Below, in pieces: positions 1 to 9,456 of a stretch of 64,000 bases of DNA (its first letter is position 1; each line of letters starts with the position of its first letter). The notes beneath the pieces are model-generated. The model ran no database searches. It was not told where the DNA came from and saw only the letters and a program-made list of their open reading frames with translations. The stretch is taken from positions 192,001 through 256,000 of the forward strand of contig CBDFLQ010000006.1 in assembly GCA_965249275.1 (NCBI GenBank), read 5' to 3'. The translations under genes and the position numbers were made by a program. The DNA is from Dehalococcoidia bacterium. Lineage in GTDB: Bacteria > Chloroflexota > Dehalococcoidia > Plut-88900.

Positions 1-696
1 GGGAGGGGAGACTTGAAGTGCATCGCCGACGACTCCATTGAGCTCGGCGACAACTTTGTGGTCGGCGCCAACAAGCCCGACACCCACCTCCTTAACGCCA
101 ACTATCCCCGTGACTTCCGCGCCGACGCTATCACTGACATCGCCGAAGTCCAGTCCGGCCAGGGTTGCACCCGGTGCGGTGAGCCCCTGTCCATAACCCG
201 CGGCATTGAGGTCGGCCACGTATTCAAGCTCGGCACCTTCTTCAGCGAAGCCCTAGGCGCGTATTATTCAGACCGCGAAGGGCACCAGAAACCCATAGTC
301 ATGGGTTGCTACGGCATCGGCGTAGGTAGGCTCATGGCCGCCGCCATGGAGCAGAACCACGACGAGCACGGCATTGTCTGGCCCCTCCCCATCGCCCCCT
401 ACCAGGTGCATCTCTGCGCCCTGTCCCTGGACCGGCCCGGCGTCGCCGAGGCCGCAGACCAACTCTACGAATCCCTTGAATCCGCTGGCCTGGAGGTCCT
501 CTACGACGACCGGGACGAGTCCCCCGGCGTCAAGTTTAATGACGCCGATCTCCTCGGCATCCCAGTACGCCTCACCGTCAGCCCTCGCAACCTCAAACAG
601 GACGCCGTCGAAATCACTGACCGTACCACCCTCGAAAAACGCATGGCCCCCATGTCCGGCGCCGTGACCGAGGCTAAGGCCATGCTCGGTGTGTAG
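1..696 (+). CDS. proS: prolyl-tRNA synthetase, C-terminal part (truncated by window start)
   Basis: GANKPDTH editing-domain end, GIEVGHVFKLG and MGCYGIGVGR class II motifs, anticodon-binding domain (GVKFNDADLLGIP); frame is open to base 1. Confidence 0.95.
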   Translation, partial: GRGDLKCIADDSIELGDNFVVGANKPDTHLLNANYPRDFRADAITDIAEVQSGQGCTRCGEPLSITRGIEVGHVFKLGTFFSEALGAYYSDREGHQKPIVMGCYGIGVGRLMAAAMEQNHDEHGIVWPLPIAPYQVHLCALSLDRPGVAEAADQLYESLESAGLEVLYDDRDESPGVKFNDADLLGIPVRLTVSPRNLKQDAVEITDRTTLEKRMAPMSGAVTEAKAMLGV

Positions 697-780
697 TGGC
701 GGTAGTTTGATTGCCCGACAAGCGGATAGTATGATGGCCTCAACCGGCCCCACCCCACCCACACCGAAAGGAAGCGTCTC

Positions 781-1938
781 GTGACAAAAAATGGCTTCAA
801 GGTCATGGACAGCGATATGCACGTCAACGAGACTTGGGACGTGTGGCTCAACAACATCGATCCCGAATACCGTGATCTCGCCCCCGTCGGTATAACCAAA
901 GAGCAATTGGTCATGAACATGGCCATCCAGGGAAAACCCATAGCTGGCTTTCTAGCTAACGCCGACATCCAAGTCCACGAGGAAGAATCAAACCGCCGCA
1001 AGGTAGAGGCCGAGCACGGGAACAAATACTTGAAGCTCGCCATAGAACGGGGTTTCGACCCCGTGTCCCAGCTCCACGCCATGGATACTGAGGGACTGGA
1101 CTTGGCCATTATCTTCCCCACCCGCGGCATGTCAGTCGCCGGCGTCCCATATGAAGACGGCAGATACGCGGGCGCCGTGGCTCGTGCCTACAACGATTGG
1201 ATCTCCGAGTTCTGCAGCCAGGACCCGGCCAAGATGCGCCCCGCAGCCATGATCCTGGCCTCCGACGTCGATGAGGCAGTCACAGAGGTCCGCCGCACCC
1301 GCGAAGAGATGGGATTCCTCTCCGCCTACCTTCACCCGAATCCCCTCCGCGGCCGCAATTGGCACAACCCCGTCTACGACCCCTTCTGGCAGGAATGCCA
1401 GGACCTTGATATGCCCATTACTTTCCACGAGACCTTTAAGTGCAGCCTGCCCCAGGGCATCGCCGATCGCTTCTACAACGAGCCGGACAAAATCTGGACT
1501 ATGGGCCACGTTGCCTGCCATCCGATTGAGCAGATGTACGCGTGCCTCTGCTTCTGCGCAGGCGGTATTCTCGATCACTATTCTGACCTAAGGGTCGCCT
1601 TCCTGGAATGCAATACCGGCTGGCTCCCCTTCTGGCTCTGGCGTATGGACGAGCACTACGAGCATCGCATAGACCAAGCATCTCGCTACCAGTCCATCCT
1701 CCCCAGTGAATGCTTCAAGCGCCAGTGCTACCTTGCCATAGACCCCGACGAAGGCCCCTCCAAATATGCCGTCGACTGGATCGGCGACGATAATTTCGTA
1801 TTCTCTACCGACTACCCCCACGCCGACGGCAAGTACCCTTTCGCCATCGACGAATTTCTGAAACTGCCCCTGACCGAAGAGTCCAAGAAAAAGGTCCTCT
1901 GGGACAATTGCGCCAAGCTATACGGCATCGCGAACTGA
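781..1938 (+). CDS. amidohydrolase family protein (Amidohydro_2-like)
   Basis: DSDMH, FHE and FSTDYPH metal-binding motifs; 385 aa; GAAAGG upstream. Confidence 0.9.
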   Translation: MTKNGFKVMDSDMHVNETWDVWLNNIDPEYRDLAPVGITKEQLVMNMAIQGKPIAGFLANADIQVHEEESNRRKVEAEHGNKYLKLAIERGFDPVSQLHAMDTEGLDLAIIFPTRGMSVAGVPYEDGRYAGAVARAYNDWISEFCSQDPAKMRPAAMILASDVDEAVTEVRRTREEMGFLSAYLHPNPLRGRNWHNPVYDPFWQECQDLDMPITFHETFKCSLPQGIADRFYNEPDKIWTMGHVACHPIEQMYACLCFCAGGILDHYSDLRVAFLECNTGWLPFWLWRMDEHYEHRIDQASRYQSILPSECFKRQCYLAIDPDEGPSKYAVDWIGDDNFVFSTDYPHADGKYPFAIDEFLKLPLTEESKKKVLWDNCAKLYGIAN

Positions 1939-1953
1939 GAAAGGAACCCCCCA

Positions 1954-3111
1954 ATGGCAAAGAACGGCTTTAAAATCATGGACAGTGACATGCACACCCA
2001 CGAGCCTTGGGACCTCTGGCTCAACTACATCGACCTCGCCTTCAAGGACCGCGCCCCCATCGGCACCAGCAAAGACCCCGTCGACATGAACACCACAATC
2101 GAGGGGGATATTCTCGGCGCTTTCCTCTCCAACCAGAAACACCTCGATCATGATGAGGAGAAGGCACGACTCAACATCTCTCATTCCCGCAGCAGCAAAT
2201 ACATGCAGGAGGGCATAGACCGCCGCTTCGACCCCGTTTCCCAGGTCAACGCCATGGAGGTCGAGGGCCTTGACGTCGCCAACCTCTACCCCTCCCGAGG
2301 CATGGTAGTCGCGGGCGTGGACTACGAGGACGAGCCCTTCGCCGACGCCATCGCCAAGGCCTACAACAACTGGCTCGCCGACTTCTGCTCCGAGAGCCCC
2401 GCCCGCCTTAAAGGTGTGGCAATGATCTTGTGTTCCAATATAGACAACGCCGTCGCCGAGGTTCGCCGTACCCGCGAAGAGCTCGATTTCGTCGGCATCT
2501 ATCTGCACCCGAACCCCATTCGAGGCCGCAACTGGCATAGCAACGAATACGACCGCCTGTGGGCCGTGTGCCAGGAGCTCGACATGGCCGTCACCTTCCA
2601 CGAAACCTTTAAGTGCAATCTCCCCCAGGCCATCGCGGACCGCTTCTATGACGAACCGGACAGGATATGGACCATGGGCCATGTCGCCTGCCATCCCATT
2701 GAGCAGATGTACGCCGCGCTCTGCATGTGCGCCGGTGGCATCCTGGAGAAGTTCCCCGGCATCCGGGTCGCCCACCTGGAGTGCAACTCCAGCTGGCTCC
2801 CCTTCTGGCTCTGGCGTATGGATGAGCACCACGAGCACCGGGAAGAGCAGGCCTCGAAGTACCTGAACATGCTACCCAGCGAGTACTTCAAGCGCCAGTG
2901 CTTCGCCGTCATCGACCCGGACGAAGAGCCCTCCAAGTACGCCATCGACTGGGTCGGCGATGATAATTTCGTCTTCTCAACCGACTACCCCCACCCCGAC
3001 TCCATTTACCCCTTCGCCACCGACAGTTTCCTAAAACTCCCCCTCAGCGAAGAAGCTAAGAAGAAGGTAATGTGGGACAACTGCACCCGTCTCTACTCCC
3101 TCTCCGTATGA
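1954..3111 (+). CDS. amidohydrolase family protein, tandem paralog
   Basis: Same motifs and same length as 781-1938, with long identical stretches (IWTMGHVACHPIEQMYA, WLPFWLWRMDEH). Confidence 0.9.
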   Translation: MAKNGFKIMDSDMHTHEPWDLWLNYIDLAFKDRAPIGTSKDPVDMNTTIEGDILGAFLSNQKHLDHDEEKARLNISHSRSSKYMQEGIDRRFDPVSQVNAMEVEGLDVANLYPSRGMVVAGVDYEDEPFADAIAKAYNNWLADFCSESPARLKGVAMILCSNIDNAVAEVRRTREELDFVGIYLHPNPIRGRNWHSNEYDRLWAVCQELDMAVTFHETFKCNLPQAIADRFYDEPDRIWTMGHVACHPIEQMYAALCMCAGGILEKFPGIRVAHLECNSSWLPFWLWRMDEHHEHREEQASKYLNMLPSEYFKRQCFAVIDPDEEPSKYAIDWVGDDNFVFSTDYPHPDSIYPFATDSFLKLPLSEEAKKKVMWDNCTRLYSLSV

Positions 3112-3164
3112 CCCGACTTCGTCAAAATTACAAACTTATCCCTCGAGGACACCTTCAAATAACC

Positions 3165-3191
3165 GTCATTCCGAGGCTTCGCGAGGAATCT
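3165..3191. repeat. REP-like palindrome family A (GTCATTCCGAGGC..CGCGAGGAATCT)
   Basis: Near-identical intergenic copies at about 22978, 24720, 32403 and 35957. Confidence 0.75.
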
Positions 3192-3206
3192 GGGGCGGGG
3201 TCCCGT

Positions 3207-3246
3207 CCCCTCTCCCTTGACGGGAGAGGGCTAGGGTGAGGGTGAA
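3207..3246. repeat. REP-like palindrome family B (CCCCTCTCCC-TTGAC-GGGAGAGGG-CTAGGGTGAGGGTGAA)
   Basis: Hairpin plus conserved tail; copies at 21899-21938 and 34842-34902, and MITE-interrupted copies at about 7415, 17942 and 48757. Confidence 0.8.
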
Positions 3247-3273
3247 TCTACTCAAACCAAAAAGGAGCCCAAA

Positions 3274-4446
3274 TTGGCACACAAAGCAGACGTAGTAGTC
3301 ATCGGTGGCGGCATCGTAGGCACCGCCTGCGCCTACTTCCTCACTGAGGCCGGAGCCAAAGTCATCATCCTTGAGCGCGACGCCCTCGGCAGTGGCGCAT
3401 CGGGTCACGGCGCCGGAGCTTTTGGAGTCCCCCTTCACTGGATCGAGCCCCCATTCCACGCCGACTTCATGCGCCGTGCCGTCCGCTTTCTCAAATACGT
3501 CGTCCCCGACGTCGCCGAGCAAGCGGGTATCGACATTTTGATGAGAGAGATGCCCTGGATGGAAATTGCACGTAGCCAGCCCACCTGGGACTACATGCTC
3601 GAATGGGGCCCGACCTCCGGCCAAGTCATGCTCACACCTGAGGATATCCGGCGCATAGAGCCCCGTCTCTCCGGTCCCATCCTCGGCGGTATGATGGATG
3701 AAGCAGCCGGGCAATTGGACGCCTACAGGACCACCTTGGCCTACGCCAAAGCCGCCGAGAACCGCGGCGCTGAAGTCGTGATCGGCGAAGCTACTGGCCT
3801 TAGGCAAAGCGGGGGCAAAATCACCGGCGTCGAATCATCCGTCGGTACCATAGAGTGCGACGGAGCAGTCCTGGCAATGGGTGCCTGGACTGGCGTGGCC
3901 AAAGAATGGACTGAGTTCCCCTTGGAGATCAGCGCAATGAAGGGTGAAATCCTCACCCTCCGCAAACCTGATGAGGACTACTGGCCCTACTGGGTCGCCA
4001 GCTACGAGACCTCCGACAACGGTGAAGAGCTGCCCATCTACCTCCATCGCCGAGCCAACGGCCTCATCTACGCCGGCACCACCGCCGAGCCAGACATATT
4101 CGACAACATTCCCACCGCCGCCGCCCGTCAGGGCATCCTCGAACGCGCCTCCCGGATGATGCCATTCATAGAAGACGCAGAGCTCGTCGAGCACCTCGCC
4201 GGCCCTAGGCCCAATCCCGCAGACGGCATCACCGTCCTCGGAGGAGTTCCTGGCTGGGAAGGCCTGTTCGCCGCCGTGACCCTTCCCGGCATCCTCTGCA
4301 GTGCCTACCTGGGTAAGATCATCGCAGATCTCGTCTTCGACCGACCCCTCCCCACCGACATCGAAAAGCTCAAGCCCGACCGGTTCACCCAACCCCTAAC
4401 CACCCAATACGGATACCACAAACTAGTCGCCGACAGAGGCATCTAA
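3274..4446 (+). CDS. FAD-dependent oxidoreductase, glycine oxidase/DAO family
   Basis: GGGIVG dinucleotide-binding motif, GSGASGHGAG, AMGAW, KGE, GPRP; AAGGAG RBS before TTG. Confidence 0.85.
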   Translation: MAHKADVVVIGGGIVGTACAYFLTEAGAKVIILERDALGSGASGHGAGAFGVPLHWIEPPFHADFMRRAVRFLKYVVPDVAEQAGIDILMREMPWMEIARSQPTWDYMLEWGPTSGQVMLTPEDIRRIEPRLSGPILGGMMDEAAGQLDAYRTTLAYAKAAENRGAEVVIGEATGLRQSGGKITGVESSVGTIECDGAVLAMGAWTGVAKEWTEFPLEISAMKGEILTLRKPDEDYWPYWVASYETSDNGEELPIYLHRRANGLIYAGTTAEPDIFDNIPTAAARQGILERASRMMPFIEDAELVEHLAGPRPNPADGITVLGGVPGWEGLFAAVTLPGILCSAYLGKIIADLVFDRPLPTDIEKLKPDRFTQPLTTQYGYHKLVADRGI

Positions 4447-4451
4447 CAGAC

Positions 4452-4718
4452 TCACCGGTACGCCTCATCCCGTCTCGCGACCCTCAATATCAGGACGCGA
4501 AGGACAGCGTCTTGAAGTTCGCACAAAACTCGATAATTCCCAACTCTGTAACGCCACAGTCCTGCCAGAGGACCGGTCAAGGCATGCCCTGCAGTGCGTG
4601 GGTCTCCTGATTGTGCAACCCGCAGCTCCATGTAACCGGCAACCCACCGCGCCGTTTGGTTATCCAGCTTTCGCAGTTGGGGTCTCGCAATCTCAGTGTA
4701 TTCAATCGTCCAAGCCAA
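4452..4718 (-). CDS. RelE/ParE-family toxin
   Basis: MAWTIEYT...LRKLD...GHALTGPLAGLWRYRVGNYR. True start taken as TTG at 4718 behind AGGAG, overlapping the antitoxin stop. Confidence 0.88.
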   Translation of the reverse strand: MAWTIEYTEIARPQLRKLDNQTARWVAGYMELRVAQSGDPRTAGHALTGPLAGLWRYRVGNYRVLCELQDAVLRVLILRVARRDEAYR

Positions 4719-4929
4719 GCTCTCTCCTGACTTCGGCGGCAGAATACACCTGCACCTGACCCTTGCGAACTCGTTCGAGGACATCAGCCGCTAGATAATA
4801 ATCTTCCATATCATCTAGCCCGCGCTCAATGATCTCCCGTAGATAGAAAGCCTTAGTGCGTCCCGTTTGGGAAGCCAGAAAGGCTAGCCGCTCCTCTGTT
4901 TCAGGCGACAATCGAATTGACGTAGCCAC
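4702..4929 (-). CDS. ribbon-helix-helix antitoxin (RelB/CopG-like)
   Basis: MATSIRL...TGRTKAFYLRE RHH pattern; 75 aa; immediately upstream of the toxin. Confidence 0.85.
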   Translation of the reverse strand: MATSIRLSPETEERLAFLASQTGRTKAFYLREIIERGLDDMEDYYLAADVLERVRKGQVQVYSAAEVRRELGLDD

Positions 4930-4942
4930 AAACCGTCTCCCG

Positions 4943-4975
4943 GGGCGTGATATGTGTATTCATTGAATCACGCCC
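4943..4975. promoter_or_regulatory. probable TA autoregulatory operator
   Basis: Inverted repeat GGGCGTGAT...ATCACGCCC with an inner ATTCA-T-TGAAT, just upstream of the antitoxin start. Confidence 0.5.
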
Positions 4976-4990
4976 AACAACGTGTTCCCC

Positions 4991-6007
4991 CTACTCCCCA
5001 CCCACAATAATCTTCGACAAACTATCCCCCTCAACGTTGGCGACCCACACATTCTTCCCGTCGAAGGCCAAAGACACGGGCCCCTTGCCCACATCGAACC
5101 TCCCCAGGCGTAGCCCCGTCAGCGACAACCTCATCACGTTGTTGCTGCCTGCGTTGGCCACCCATACCGTCTCTCCATCGAACAGGATGTCCACGGGCCC
5201 GTTCCCGACCTTGAACTCTCCCAACCGGGTCCCGTCCAGGGCCAACCTCGTCACCGAATCTGCCATATCATCTTCCAGAGGGCCACTGTTCGCGATCCAC
5301 ATGCTGCTCCCATCGAAGGCTAGTGCTATCGGCCGTACCCCAACCTCGTACTCTGCCACCACCCGACCATCCCCATCCAGCTTCTGGACCGTGCTCCCCT
5401 CCGAGGTCGGCGACCCCAAGATTGTCACCCAAACATGCTCCCCATCAAACGCCAGCCCTGAGGGCCCGTCCCCCACCCCGAACGTCCCCAATATCGCCCC
5501 CTCTTTAGATATCTTTGTTGCCGAGTCTTCAGTCGGGTTGACGACCCATAAGTTCTCCCCATCAAACGTCATCGCAAATGGGGAATTGCCTGCTTCATAT
5601 ACCCCCAGTTCGGCCCCTTCCCCCGACAGCCTCACCACCCTGCTTCCCGGTTCAGTCGGGATCCCCAGCTCGGCTACCCACACATCCTCGCCGTCGAAAA
5701 GGATTGTTCCGGGAGTCCTCCCAATATCAAAGCTGCCCATCTCCGTCCCATCTAGCCCAAACCGCAGCACCTCCGTGTTCAATGTATCCAGCCTCCCGAC
5801 GCTCGACACCCAAATACTCTCACCATCCGACTCCAGATGCGTCGGCGCGATCAAGCCCAGGTCGAACTTCTCAACCCTCGGCGGTATGTCTCCGGATTCG
5901 ACTATCGGTATTGGCGTCGGCGTTGCATATGCCCCGCCGCAGCCCAACCCCACCAAGATCGTTATTAAAGCCAACGTTGCGAATGCCAAATATCTTCTAA
6001 CGTTCAT
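4991..6007 (-). CDS. exported YncE/YVTN-like beta-propeller (lipo)protein
   Basis: Signal peptide ending GLGC; repeated VGxGPxxLAFDGxxVWVAN blades. Confidence 0.85.
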   Translation of the reverse strand: MNVRRYLAFATLALITILVGLGCGGAYATPTPIPIVESGDIPPRVEKFDLGLIAPTHLESDGESIWVSSVGRLDTLNTEVLRFGLDGTEMGSFDIGRTPGTILFDGEDVWVAELGIPTEPGSRVVRLSGEGAELGVYEAGNSPFAMTFDGENLWVVNPTEDSATKISKEGAILGTFGVGDGPSGLAFDGEHVWVTILGSPTSEGSTVQKLDGDGRVVAEYEVGVRPIALAFDGSSMWIANSGPLEDDMADSVTRLALDGTRLGEFKVGNGPVDILFDGETVWVANAGSNNVMRLSLTGLRLGRFDVGKGPVSLAFDGKNVWVANVEGDSLSKIIVGGE

Positions 6008-6154
6008 CTATGTTGAAGAGCCCCTTATCGGTTTAGAAATTTCAGCTTCCATACTCTATACGCTCGCGCCTCGGGTTGAACAGGTGACCGGGAGGCCCTG
6101 GACCCGTGCAATGCTATACTTTCTCTACGAAAATCCGAATGCAGGCATGGCAAA

Positions 6155-7381
6155 ATGGCACAGAATGAGTCCTACGTAATTGTTGGAGCGGGCATAGCCG
6201 GCGGCACGGCCGCCGAGACCCTCCGAAAACAGGGTTTCGACGGTGAAGTCCACCTCGTGGGTGCTGAGCCCCACCGGCCCTATGACAGGCCACCCCTCTC
6301 CAAGGAGTTCCTGAGCGGCGCCAAAGAGGAATCCAAGCTCTTTTTCAAGACGGAAGACTTCTACGCTGAACAGTCCATAGAGCTACACCTCAGCGCCGAG
6401 GCTACCTTTCTCGACGCCTCCTCCAACACCGTGACCCTATCCAACGGCGAGTCCCTCCACTACGACAAGCTTCTCCTCGCCACGGGGTCGCAGGTCAGAA
6501 AGCTGCCCATCCCCGGCTCAAACCTCGACGGCGTCCACTATCTCCGTAACATAGAGGATTCCAAGGCCATCGCCCAGTCCATGAAAGGCGCTGGTAGGGT
6601 GGTTGTAGTCGGGGCCGGGTTCATTGGCTCCGAGGTCGCCGCAGTCTGCAAGACCGCCGGTCTCGAAGTCACCGTCCTTGAAATCCAGCCTCAGCCCATG
6701 GCCCACATCCTCGGACCCGAGATGGGCGCAATCTACGCCAACCTCCACACGAGCCGGGGCATCGACCTCCGGCTTGGCGAATGCATCTCCGAAATTCGAG
6801 GCCAGACCCGCGCCCAGCAGGTTATCACCGACAAAGGCAACGCCATCGACTGCGATCTCGTAGTCATAGGCGTAGGCATCGCCCCCGACACCTCTCTCGC
6901 TGAGGCCGCCGGCCTTGACGTCGAAGGAGGCATTCTCATCAACGAGCACTGCCGTACCTCCCACCCCAACATATTCGCAGCCGGGGACGTGGCCAACTGG
7001 TTCCACCCCGGCCTAGGCCATCGGATCCGGGTCGAGCATTGGGACAATGCCCTCAACCAAGGCGCTGCCGCGGCAAAGTCGATGCTCGGCAAACCCGAGA
7101 CCTACGCCCCTGTCCTCTACTTCTGGTCCGACCAGTACGACCTCAACATCCAGTACCTGGGCCATGCCACCGAATGGGACGATATCGCCGTCCGAGGCGA
7201 CCCCGCGGAGGAAAAGTTCTCTGCCTTCTACCTGAAAGACGGCTCGGTCCATGGCGCCCTCATCGTGAACAACTTCCGCGACATCAGGCCCACCCGCACC
7301 CTAATCGGCCAGAAAACCCCCGTCGACGCCAACTCCCTCTCCGACACATCCACCAACCTCAAACAACTGGCCCGCGGGTAG
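6155..7381 (+). CDS. FAD/NAD-dependent ferredoxin reductase
   Basis: GAGIAG, YDRPPLSK, GAGFIGSE, AAGDVA, RVEHW and FWSDQY motifs. Confidence 0.92.
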   Translation: MAQNESYVIVGAGIAGGTAAETLRKQGFDGEVHLVGAEPHRPYDRPPLSKEFLSGAKEESKLFFKTEDFYAEQSIELHLSAEATFLDASSNTVTLSNGESLHYDKLLLATGSQVRKLPIPGSNLDGVHYLRNIEDSKAIAQSMKGAGRVVVVGAGFIGSEVAAVCKTAGLEVTVLEIQPQPMAHILGPEMGAIYANLHTSRGIDLRLGECISEIRGQTRAQQVITDKGNAIDCDLVVIGVGIAPDTSLAEAAGLDVEGGILINEHCRTSHPNIFAAGDVANWFHPGLGHRIRVEHWDNALNQGAAAAKSMLGKPETYAPVLYFWSDQYDLNIQYLGHATEWDDIAVRGDPAEEKFSAFYLKDGSVHGALIVNNFRDIRPTRTLIGQKTPVDANSLSDTSTNLKQLARG

Positions 7382-7429
7382 TCCCGCCAGTAGGTCTAGG
7401 GGACGGATTCCGGTCCCCTCTCCCTCGAT

Positions 7430-7559
7430 GACACCTCTGCATAACCTGTGTTGGAGGGGCGTGGGGCCGCTCGTGCTGAGGCTCTCGAAGTATGAGTGGG
7501 GGGATGTCAGGCGATCTGGACGGAACAACAGATGCAATCTACAGTTACACAGAGGTCCC
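7430..7559. mobile_element. MITE copy 1 (130 bp)
   Basis: Imperfect TIRs GACACCTCTGCATAAC / GTTACACAGAGGTCCC; exact TCGAT direct repeat on both sides; near-identical to 17957-18087. Confidence 0.8.
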
Positions 7560-7658
7560 TCGATGGGTCGTAGATGCGCCGAGGCGTGAACGGGCAAGGG
7601 CCGTAGGCTCGCCTAAGAGAGTGAGGATGTTTCATCAAAGAGGCACCCCCCCACCCCC

Positions 7659-8579
7659 TCACCCAAAAATAACCGCCCCACCCAACCCCGTCGCATACAG
7701 CATCCCCGCCTGGCCGTGCAGCTTGGCCGTCTTCACCAACCCCATGCTCATCTCCCGCCGGTCCTTCCCCGTCAGCACCCTTCTAGCCGCCAGGAATGCC
7801 CAAAGTAGCGACGCCAGCCCTACCAACCCCCATATCGAGACCACCCCCGTCACCGCGATTATTACCAGACCGCCGTAGGAAGCCAGCAGAAACCCGACAT
7901 ATATCACCTGCCCCACCCTCGGCCCCAGCATCGTCACGAACGTTCTCTTGCCATTCTCCCTGTCCTCGTCCACATCCCTCAGGTTATTGCAGTGCAGGAT
8001 GGCCGTCACCAGGAAGGCCACCGGCATCGACCCCCAGAAAGGCGCCCACGCCAACTCTTGGGACTGAACATAGTATGCCGCCACCACCATCAGCGGCCCC
8101 ATGAAGAAGAACACGGTCGCCTCCCCGACTCCCGTGTCCCCCAACGGCTTCGGGCCGACGCTATAAAAGACGGCTACGAACACGCTCCCCAGCCCCACCG
8201 CCAGTATCGGCCAACCGACCTCCGTCACTATGTACAGTCCCATCCCTATCCCAACAGCGAACGTCGCTATACACCCGATCAGGACCTCCCGCTCCGTAAG
8301 CAGCCCCCGAGCCAACACCTTGTGTGGTGCCGGAAACTTCGCTTGCCCGCCCTCTCGACGGTGGTCCGCGTATTCGTCCGTCAAATTGGTCCCGATCTGT
8401 ATCGCCAGCGACCCGACCAGCGCAAAAGCAAACAGCAGCCAGTCGAGGCTCACCTGCTCCGCTGCAATCGCGCTTCCCACCAGCACCGGCACCACCGCCG
8501 CGCTCAGCGAGAACGGCCTCGATGCCCAGAACCACGCCCGACCATAGTTAACAGTTCGCTTCATCATTACGTTCACCAA
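7659..8579 (-). CDS. menA: 1,4-dihydroxy-2-naphthoate prenyltransferase
   Basis: UbiA-family membrane protein with NLTDEYAD and NNLRDVDEDRENGKRT; men cluster context. Confidence 0.9.
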   Translation of the reverse strand: MVNVMMKRTVNYGRAWFWASRPFSLSAAVVPVLVGSAIAAEQVSLDWLLFAFALVGSLAIQIGTNLTDEYADHRREGGQAKFPAPHKVLARGLLTEREVLIGCIATFAVGIGMGLYIVTEVGWPILAVGLGSVFVAVFYSVGPKPLGDTGVGEATVFFFMGPLMVVAAYYVQSQELAWAPFWGSMPVAFLVTAILHCNNLRDVDEDRENGKRTFVTMLGPRVGQVIYVGFLLASYGGLVIIAVTGVVSIWGLVGLASLLWAFLAARRVLTGKDRREMSMGLVKTAKLHGQAGMLYATGLGGAVIFG

Positions 8580-8583
8580 CCCG

Positions 8584-9387
8584 CTACCAAGGCATATGCC
8601 TGTACGGAGAAAAGTCCGGCTGTCGCTTCTCTAAGAAGGCGTTGCTACCCTCCAGCGCCTCCTCCGAGCCGTAGAACAGGCTGTTCGCACCGTGCGCCAC
8701 CGCTTGCAGGCCATAGACCCAGTCCGTCGCCGCATTGAAGGAGGCCTTGAGCATCCTGAGCGCCGTCGGGCTCTTCTTCAGCATCTCGTTGCACCAGCGT
8801 ACCGTCTCGGCCTCTAGTTCCTCCCGTGGCACGACCTTATTGACCAACCCCATCGCCTCCGCCTCCCTCGCAGTGTACTGCTGACACATGAACCAGAACT
8901 CCCGGGCTTTCTTCTCTCCGATAATATTCGCCAAGTAAACCGCCCCGAACCCTCCGTCGAAGCTCCCGACCTTCGGCCCCGTCTGCCCGAATATCGCTGT
9001 CTCGCTCGCTATCGTCAGGTCGCACAGCACGTGGAGCACGTGTCCTCCGCCTATGGCGTAGCCATTCACCATGGCTATCACCGGCTTCGGTATCGAGCGC
9101 ATCGTCCTGTGCAGCTCCAGTACTTGCATCCTCGTTGACCCCGAGTCGTCCCGATAACCGCCTGGCCCCTTCAACCGCTGGTCGCCCCCTGAGCAGAACG
9201 CCCGGTCTCCGACCCCCGTCAGAACTGCCACTCCCACCTTCTCATCGAACCACGCATCCTTGAACGCGTCTACCATCTCGTCTATGGTGCGGGGCCGGAA
9301 AGCGTTCAGCACCTCCGGACGGTTGATGGTGATCTTGGCTATGCCGTCGCCTTTTTCGTATATGATGTCGGTATAAGTTGAAGTCAT
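8584..9387 (-). CDS. menB: 1,4-dihydroxy-2-naphthoyl-CoA synthase
   Basis: [31 protein letters not shown] motifs. Confidence 0.97.
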   Translation of the reverse strand: MTSTYTDIIYEKGDGIAKITINRPEVLNAFRPRTIDEMVDAFKDAWFDEKVGVAVLTGVGDRAFCSGGDQRLKGPGGYRDDSGSTRMQVLELHRTMRSIPKPVIAMVNGYAIGGGHVLHVLCDLTIASETAIFGQTGPKVGSFDGGFGAVYLANIIGEKKAREFWFMCQQYTAREAEAMGLVNKVVPREELEAETVRWCNEMLKKSPTALRMLKASFNAATDWVYGLQAVAHGANSLFYGSEEALEGSNAFLEKRQPDFSPYRHMPW

Positions 9388-9456
9388 GTCGCCTCCTGAG
9401 AGTCAGTTGTATCGAGCGTGGTAGCTATTTTTTGACTCCCCTGTTCACCTGATCTT

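Noticed and set aside
1936-1956. The UGA stop of amidohydrolase 1 is in frame with amidohydrolase 2 (15-nt open spacer) in a selB-positive genome, suggesting a Sec read-through fusion.
   Set aside because: The spacer is an ordinary GAAAGGA RBS, I see no SECIS-like hairpin, the position is not catalytic, and in-frame spacing has about a one-in-three chance.
4947-6179. 410-aa Ser/Pro-rich plus-strand ORF, and many other long antisense ORFs (e.g. 9384-10496, 37185-38129, 45663-46610)
   Set aside because: These are shadows of real genes on the opposite strand, as expected in GC-rich, skewed DNA.
7492-7878. Similar short ORFs at 7492 and 18032 (GDLDGTTDAI...)
   Set aside because: The similarity comes from the shared MITE/REP DNA, not from a protein family.
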